From an uncultured bacterium (GTDB lineage: Bacteria; Auribacterota; Erginobacteria; Erginobacterales; Erginobacteraceae): a stretch of 64,000 nt of DNA. A program made the translations under genes and the position numbers. Every line of letters begins with the position of its first letter. Position 1 is the first letter of the stretch. Where the stretch lies: the NCBI GenBank assembly GCA_963822585.1, contig CAWGIE010000011.1, forward strand, positions 32,001-96,000, written 5' to 3'. Shown one piece after another: positions 58,751 through 64,000 of this stretch. The notes beneath the pieces are model-generated. The model saw only the letters and a list, made by a program, of their open reading frames with translations. It was not told the origin of the DNA and did not search any database.

Positions 58751-60073
58751 CTAACTTTTAATCACGGCTTCGACCTTTTTCCGTGCTTCTTCCATCAGTT
58801 CCGGTGTCCTGGCCTCCAGGTTGAGGCGGAGGTACGGCTCGGTGTTGGACTTGCGGACGTTGAACCACCAGTCGGGATAGCGGACGGAGACCCCGTCGAG
58901 GAAATAGACCTCGCCGTCGGCAAACTCCTCCGCCAGTTCCTCGATCTTGGCGTCCTTATCGGCGACCCGGAAATTGACCTCTCCGGTGGCGGCGTAACGG
59001 CGGAGCGGCTCGACGATGCGGGAGAACGGCTCCTGACGAGAGCTGATCAGGTTGAGGATCTTGATGAGCGCGATCTCGGCGTTGTCGGCATAGAAATTCT
59101 CCCGGAAATAATAATGACCGGAGAGCTCTCCCCCGAACACCGCGTTATGTTCCCGCATGTGACCCTTGATATACGAGTGTCCCACACGCGATTCGATCGG
59201 ATGCCCCCCCGCCCTTTCCACCTCCTCGGGCACCACCCAGCTTGACCGGAGATCGTAGATAATCGAAGAACCCGGCCAGCGGTCCAATGTTTCCATGGCG
59301 ATCAGAGCGGTGGTCATATCGTTGGGGATGGTCCGCCCCTTCTCGTCGATGAACGCCACCCGGTCGGCATCTCCGTCGAAGGCCGCGCCCAGATCGGCGC
59401 CCCCTTCCACCACCAGCTTCTTCAGATCGATCAGATTCTCTTCTTTGAGGGGATCGGCCTCGTGGTGGGGGAACGTCCCGTCGGGCTCCAGATAAAGGGG
59501 AATCAGCTGGCAGGGGATGTCCGCGAAGACGCGGGGGAGATACTTCCCCGCCATGCCGTTGCCGGCGTCAACGGCGACCGTGAGCGGCCGGACATACTGG
59601 ACGAATCCCAGGACGTGGGCGACGTATTCCTCGGTAATATCGCGCTCGAGTTCGTTCCCCGGTCGCGGAGCCTTTACCGCCGCCGGCCGACCGCAGAGTG
59701 TCTCAATCTCCTCGATCCCGGCTTCATAACTGAGGGGGATGGCTTCCTCCCGGCAGAGCTTGAAGCCGTTGTACCGGGCCGGGTTATGGGACGCGGTCAC
59801 CATGAGCGCTCCGTCGTATCCTCCCTGGCCGTCGGCGAAATAGCAGGCCGGGGTGGAGCAGAGGCCGATATCGACGACATCCGTCCCGGCGTCCCTGATA
59901 CCCCTGCGGGCGGCGGCGGCGATGCCGGGGGAGCTGACCCTCATGTCACGGCCGGTGACGATGGACCGGGCTTTCAAAAAGCAGGCCAGCGCGTTGCCGA
60001 TGCGGTAGGCGATATCCTCCGTAAGCTCTTCCGGGACAACCCCCCGGATATCGTAAGCCTTGAATATTCCCAT
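58751..60073 (-). CDS. Phosphomannomutase/phosphoglucomutase
   Basis: FKAYDIRG, TASHNP, FDGDADR, GGELSGH, RKSNTEP. Confidence 0.95.
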   Translation of the reverse strand: MGIFKAYDIRGVVPEELTEDIAYRIGNALACFLKARSIVTGRDMRVSSPGIAAAARRGIRDAGTDVVDIGLCSTPACYFADGQGGYDGALMVTASHNPARYNGFKLCREEAIPLSYEAGIEEIETLCGRPAAVKAPRPGNELERDITEEYVAHVLGFVQYVRPLTVAVDAGNGMAGKYLPRVFADIPCQLIPLYLEPDGTFPHHEADPLKEENLIDLKKLVVEGGADLGAAFDGDADRVAFIDEKGRTIPNDMTTALIAMETLDRWPGSSIIYDLRSSWVVPEEVERAGGHPIESRVGHSYIKGHMREHNAVFGGELSGHYYFRENFYADNAEIALIKILNLISSRQEPFSRIVEPLRRYAATGEVNFRVADKDAKIEELAEEFADGEVYFLDGVSVRYPDWWFNVRKSNTEPYLRLNLEARTPELMEEARKKVEAVIKS

Positions 60074-60143
60074 GGCAAAATTACTCCCGAATTTTGATTG
60101 TGGCGCCAATACGATGTTGGCGGAACGATGATCATAAGTAAAA

Positions 60144-60233
60144 TGGAGTAATGGAGTGATGGAGTGTTGGAGTAATGGGACCGGGCCCTCGCGGCCCTCC
60201 ATCACTCCAATACTCCAGCACCTCAATACTCCA
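60144..60233. repeat. Family F octamer inverted repeat
   Basis: tggagtaatggagtgatggagtgttggagtaatgg...ccatcactccaatactcca. Confidence 0.85.
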
Positions 60234-60299
60234 TGATGATACCCCGATCGTTTCCGCCGATGTTACTGGATAAACTCAATATCTTAATAATGAATTAAT

Positions 60300-60821
60300 T
60301 TAATAATGTATCAGCGACCACACCGGGACGTCTTTGAGTTTTTCGCGCCCGTTGAGGAAATCGAGTTCGATCAGCACCGCCACCGCCTCGATAACGCCGC
60401 CATACTGTCGGACCAGATCGACCGCCGCGGCCAGCGTCCCCCCCGTCGCCAGCAGGTCGTCCACGATCAGTACCCGGCTCCCCGGAACAACGGCGTCCTC
60501 GTGGATCTCGACCGAGGCGACCCCGTATTCCAGGGAATAGCTGACCTTCCGTGTCCGGCAAGGCAGCTTCCCCTCTTTCCGGACCGGGACCACCCCGGCC
60601 CCCAGCTTGTAGGCGATGGCGGATCCGAAGATAAACCCCCGGGCCTCCACGCAGACCACGAGATCGATCCCTTTTCCGGCGAAACTCTCCGCCATCAGAT
60701 CGACCGCCTCCCGGAAGAGACTCCCCTCCTTCAGCAGGGTGGTGATATCCTTGAAGAGCACCCCTTTCTCGGGAAAATCGGGGACATCGCGAATAGCGTT
60801 GCGCAAATCTTCTTTGCTCAT
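60300..60821 (-). CDS. apt: Adenine phosphoribosyltransferase
   Basis: PDFP..GVLFKDIT, EARGF, RKEGKLP, LEYG, VDDLLATGGT. Confidence 0.97.
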   Translation of the reverse strand: MSKEDLRNAIRDVPDFPEKGVLFKDITTLLKEGSLFREAVDLMAESFAGKGIDLVVCVEARGFIFGSAIAYKLGAGVVPVRKEGKLPCRTRKVSYSLEYGVASVEIHEDAVVPGSRVLIVDDLLATGGTLAAAVDLVRQYGGVIEAVAVLIELDFLNGREKLKDVPVWSLIHY

Positions 60822-60846
60822 GAAAACCTCCGTAGAGAATGACGGG

Positions 60847-61731
60847 TTAATGGTTACTGTTGAACTCGTTCATGTCCAGATCACGCTCCCCGATGATCTG
60901 GCGCAGTCTCCGGATAGACTTATTTATAATCTGGCGCACCCGCTCCCGGCTGATACCGAACTTTTTCCCGATCGCGGAGAGGGTCCGGGCATCTTTGCCC
61001 CCGAGACCAAACCTCATCTCCAGGATGGCCCTTTCCCGGTCGGGGAGCTCTTCGATCAGGTAGAGAAGTCCCTGGTGCAGATCAGCGGTATCAACCGCCC
61101 GGTCCGGCGCCACGGTCTCGGTATCCTGGATCATGTCCGCCAGCTTGCTGACCCCATCCCGGTCGATGGAGGCGTCGAGAGAACTGGGGACGCGGGCCAC
61201 CTCCTCCAGATAGTCAATCTCCTTCAGTGTCAGATCGAATTTATCGGCGATCTCGGTATTGGAAGGGTGCCGGCCCAGCTGCTGGCTGAGGCGATCAACG
61301 TTCTTCTTGTAGGCGTTCACCTTCTCCTGCATGTACACGGGGATGCGGATCATCTTTCCCTTGTTGGCCAAAGCCCGCATGATCGACTGCTTGATCCACC
61401 AGGCGGCATACGTGCTGAGCTTGGTCCCCCGGGATATATCATACCGCTCGACACCCTTGATCAGGCCCAGGTTTCCTTCCTCGATCAGGTCGAGGAGGGG
61501 AAGCCCCAGATGTTCATATTTTTTGGCGATCTTGACCACCAGCCGCAGGTTGGCCCGGATCATCTGCTTGCCGGCTTCCTCATCCCCCGCCGCCAGCTTC
61601 ATCGCCAGGAGCCGTTCCTCCTCCCGGCTGAGCAGGGGGATCGCGCCGATTTCCCGGAGGTAGATCCTGATCGCCCGGACCTGCCGGTCGCCGTGCAACT
61701 GGGCTTTTTTATTATCCGTCGGTTCGGACAT
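60847..61731 (-). CDS. Sigma-70 factor, RpoD/RpoS-like, lacking region 1.1
   Basis: YLREIG..LLS.EEE, NLRLVV, DLIEEGNLGL, STYAAWWIKQ, SRERVRQI. Confidence 0.93.
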   Translation of the reverse strand: MSEPTDNKKAQLHGDRQVRAIRIYLREIGAIPLLSREEERLLAMKLAAGDEEAGKQMIRANLRLVVKIAKKYEHLGLPLLDLIEEGNLGLIKGVERYDISRGTKLSTYAAWWIKQSIMRALANKGKMIRIPVYMQEKVNAYKKNVDRLSQQLGRHPSNTEIADKFDLTLKEIDYLEEVARVPSSLDASIDRDGVSKLADMIQDTETVAPDRAVDTADLHQGLLYLIEELPDRERAILEMRFGLGGKDARTLSAIGKKFGISRERVRQIINKSIRRLRQIIGERDLDMNEFNSNH

Positions 61732-61742
61732 ATCAATTAGAA

Positions 61743-61977
61743 CTTACTCGAAAAGCTTGGAAGTTCTCAAATCCTAATATCTTCAGCCAGAGGCTGATCC
61801 GCCCCCGGCGGAAAATACTAAATCCTAAACAATATCAAATGACCAAAATTTAAAATTCTAAACAATGGACCTAACACGAGGGATATTTGAAACATTTGAT
61901 CATTTGGATTTTGGATTTATTTAGGATTTCGACATTAGGATTTAGGATTTCCTGCTCGAAATCCCTTTCGAGCAGGG
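61743..61977 (-). repeat. Family A element carrying a 30-bp insertion
   Basis: Inverted homolog of 3811-4016 with extra tcagccagaggctgatccgcccccggcgga at 61783-61812. Confidence 0.85.
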
Positions 61978-61998
61978 TATTAGTAGACCCCGATTGAT

Positions 61999-64000
61999 TC
62001 AATCGGAGGTCTCTTCAATAGCTGCCTGAGCCGCGGCCAGGCGGGCGATCGGTACTCGGAAGGGCGAGCAGCTGACATAGTTCATTCCCACCCGGTAGCA
62101 AAATTTCACCGAACTCGGCTCACCGCCGTGCTCGCCGCAGATGCCCACCTTGAGGTCGGGCCGGACCGAGCGGCCGCGCTCGATAGCGATCTCGATCAGC
62201 CGGCCGACACCCACCTGGTCAAGCGCCTCGAAGGGATCGCCGGGAAGGATCTTTTTCTCCAGGTAATCGGGCAGAAAGACACCGGCGTCATCCCGGCTGT
62301 AGCCGAATGTCATCTGGGTGAGGTCATTGGTCCCGAAGCTGAAGAACTGGGCTTTCCGGGCGATGGCATCGGCCACCAGGCAGGCCCGGGGGATTTCGAT
62401 CATCGTCCCCACCAGGTAGGGGACTTTTACTTTTTTCCGCTTTATGATCTCATCCGCGGTGGCCCTGATGATCTCTTCCAGGTAATCGAACTCCTCGCTG
62501 GTCCCCACCAGGGGGATCATGATCTCCGGGAGAACCGTCATCCCTTTTTTCGTCACCGTGCAGGCGGCCTCGATGATGGCCCGGGTCTGCATCAGGCAGA
62601 GCTCCGGGTAGGAAATGGAGAGCCGGCACCCGCGATGGCCGAGCATTGGGTTCATCTCGCGCAGCGCCCGAACGCGTTCCTGGACTTTCTGCAGCGGCAC
62701 GCCCAGCGCCCGGGCCACTTCTTTCTGCTCTTTCTCCTCATGGGGGACGAATTCATGGAGCGGAGGGTCAAGAAGGCGGATGGTCACCGGGAGACCGCGC
62801 ATGGCCGTAAAGATCCCCTCAAAGTCCTTCCTCTGATACGGGAGGAGCTTCCCGAGCGCTTTCCGGCGGCACTCTTCATCCTCCGCCAGGATAAACTCGC
62901 GGACGGCCAGGATCCGGTCGCTCTCGAAGAACATATGTTCCGTCCGGCAGAGGCCGATCCCCTGGGCCCCGAAGGCACGGGCGGCGGCGGCATCCTTGGG
63001 GGTGTCGGCGTTGGTCCGGACCCCCATCTTCCGGAATTCATCCGCCCAGTTGCTGATCCGCCGGTACATCTTGTAGATGGGATGCTTCTTCGCCCAGGCG
63101 GCGCCGTCCACCACCGCGGCGACCACCGGGGAGGCGGTGGTCGGGATGTCGACGTCCCTGCGGTCGTCGCAAAAAATGGCGCCGGTCGTACCGTTCAGGC
63201 TAATATACTGCCCTTCCTTCACGACCAGGTCGCCGATCGTGAACCGCCTCTTCCGGGCGTCAATCGAGACCAGGCTGGCGCCGGCCACGCAGCACTTCCC
63301 CCATCCGCGCGCGACCACGGCCGCGTGACTGGTCATCCCGCCGGTGCTGGTGAGCACCCCCTGGGCGGCCCACATCCCTCCGACATCCTCGGGGCTGGTC
63401 TCCCGGCGGACCAGGATCAGCCGGGCGGAGGGATCAAGCCCGTAAATCCTCTCCGCTTCCTCGGCCGTAAAAACCACCCGGCCGGCGGCGCCGCCGGGGC
63501 CGGCGGGGAGGCCGTAGGCCCGGTCCAGCCCCTTTTTCCGGGCGGCCGCTTCATCCTTGGGGTTGAAAATCGGGAAGAGAAGCTGGGCAAGATGTTCCCC
63601 CTCAATCCGGGTGATCGCCTGCCGGGGGGTGATCAGCTTCTCCCGGACCATGTCACAGGCCGTCTTTACCGCGGCCAGACCGGTCCTTTTCCCCGTCCGG
63701 GTCTGCAGCATGAAGAGTTTGCCCTCCTGGACGGTGAACTCGACGTCCTGCATATCCTGATAATGCCGCTCGAGCTTCTTCATGATGGCCAGCAGTTCCC
63801 GGTAGACCCGCTTCCAGACCGGATTTTTCTCCTTCGGCATCTCGGCGATCGCCGAGGGGGTGCGGATACCGGCGACAACGTCCTCGCCCTGGGCGTTGAT
63901 CAGGTACTCACCCATCGGCCGGCGGTCGCCGTTGGCCGGGTTGCGGGTGAAACCGACCCCGGTCCCGGAGGTCTCTCCCATGTTGCCGAAGACCATCGTC
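61999..64000 (-). CDS. ppdK: Pyruvate, phosphate dikinase (5' end lies outside the window)
   Basis: [60 protein letters not shown]. Confidence 0.98.
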   Translation of the reverse strand, partial: TMVFGNMGETSGTGVGFTRNPANGDRRPMGEYLINAQGEDVVAGIRTPSAIAEMPKEKNPVWKRVYRELLAIMKKLERHYQDMQDVEFTVQEGKLFMLQTRTGKRTGLAAVKTACDMVREKLITPRQAITRIEGEHLAQLLFPIFNPKDEAAARKKGLDRAYGLPAGPGGAAGRVVFTAEEAERIYGLDPSARLILVRRETSPEDVGGMWAAQGVLTSTGGMTSHAAVVARGWGKCCVAGASLVSIDARKRRFTIGDLVVKEGQYISLNGTTGAIFCDDRRDVDIPTTASPVVAAVVDGAAWAKKHPIYKMYRRISNWADEFRKMGVRTNADTPKDAAAARAFGAQGIGLCRTEHMFFESDRILAVREFILAEDEECRRKALGKLLPYQRKDFEGIFTAMRGLPVTIRLLDPPLHEFVPHEEKEQKEVARALGVPLQKVQERVRALREMNPMLGHRGCRLSISYPELCLMQTRAIIEAACTVTKKGMTVLPEIMIPLVGTSEEFDYLEEIIRATADEIIKRKKVKVPYLVGTMIEIPRACLVADAIARKAQFFSFGTNDLTQMTFGYSRDDAGVFLPDYLEKKILPGDPFEALDQVGVGRLIEIAIERGRSVRPDLKVGICGEHGGEPSSVKFCYRVGMNYVSCSPFRVPIARLAAAQAAIEETSD

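Overview
GC-rich bacterial chromosomal segment made almost entirely of housekeeping genes, mostly on the minus strand. From left to right: uvrB (partial), rlmD, mpg, a 1577-aa all-HEAT-repeat protein, lgt/plsC, gap-pgk-tpiA-secG, a homocysteine methyltransferase/MTHFR fusion, and a dcw cluster (mraZ to ftsZ, with a LysM gene between murD and ftsW, no murB, and a degenerate FtsZ). Then rnpB, tRNA-Val(CAC), a xanthine-dehydrogenase-family molybdoenzyme cluster, a candidate three-gene ceramide synthesis operon (reductase, Spt, bCerS-like), a secreted beta-helix protein followed by a decayed paralogous C-terminal cassette, a divergent purC, uppP, a phosphohexomutase, apt, a sigma-70 paralog and ppdK (partial). 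Gene order and the FtsZ tail suggest a PVC-superphylum lineage (inference). The most distinctive feature is non-coding: many intergenic spacers hold AT-rich palindromic or short-period inverted repeats from about ten recurring families. These nest inside one another, supply stop codons to several genes, sit against start codons, and in one case enclose an apparent relic of a four-helix-bundle gene. No transposase, reverse transcriptase, CRISPR array or prophage is visible. All calls come from reading motifs by eye; no searches were run.
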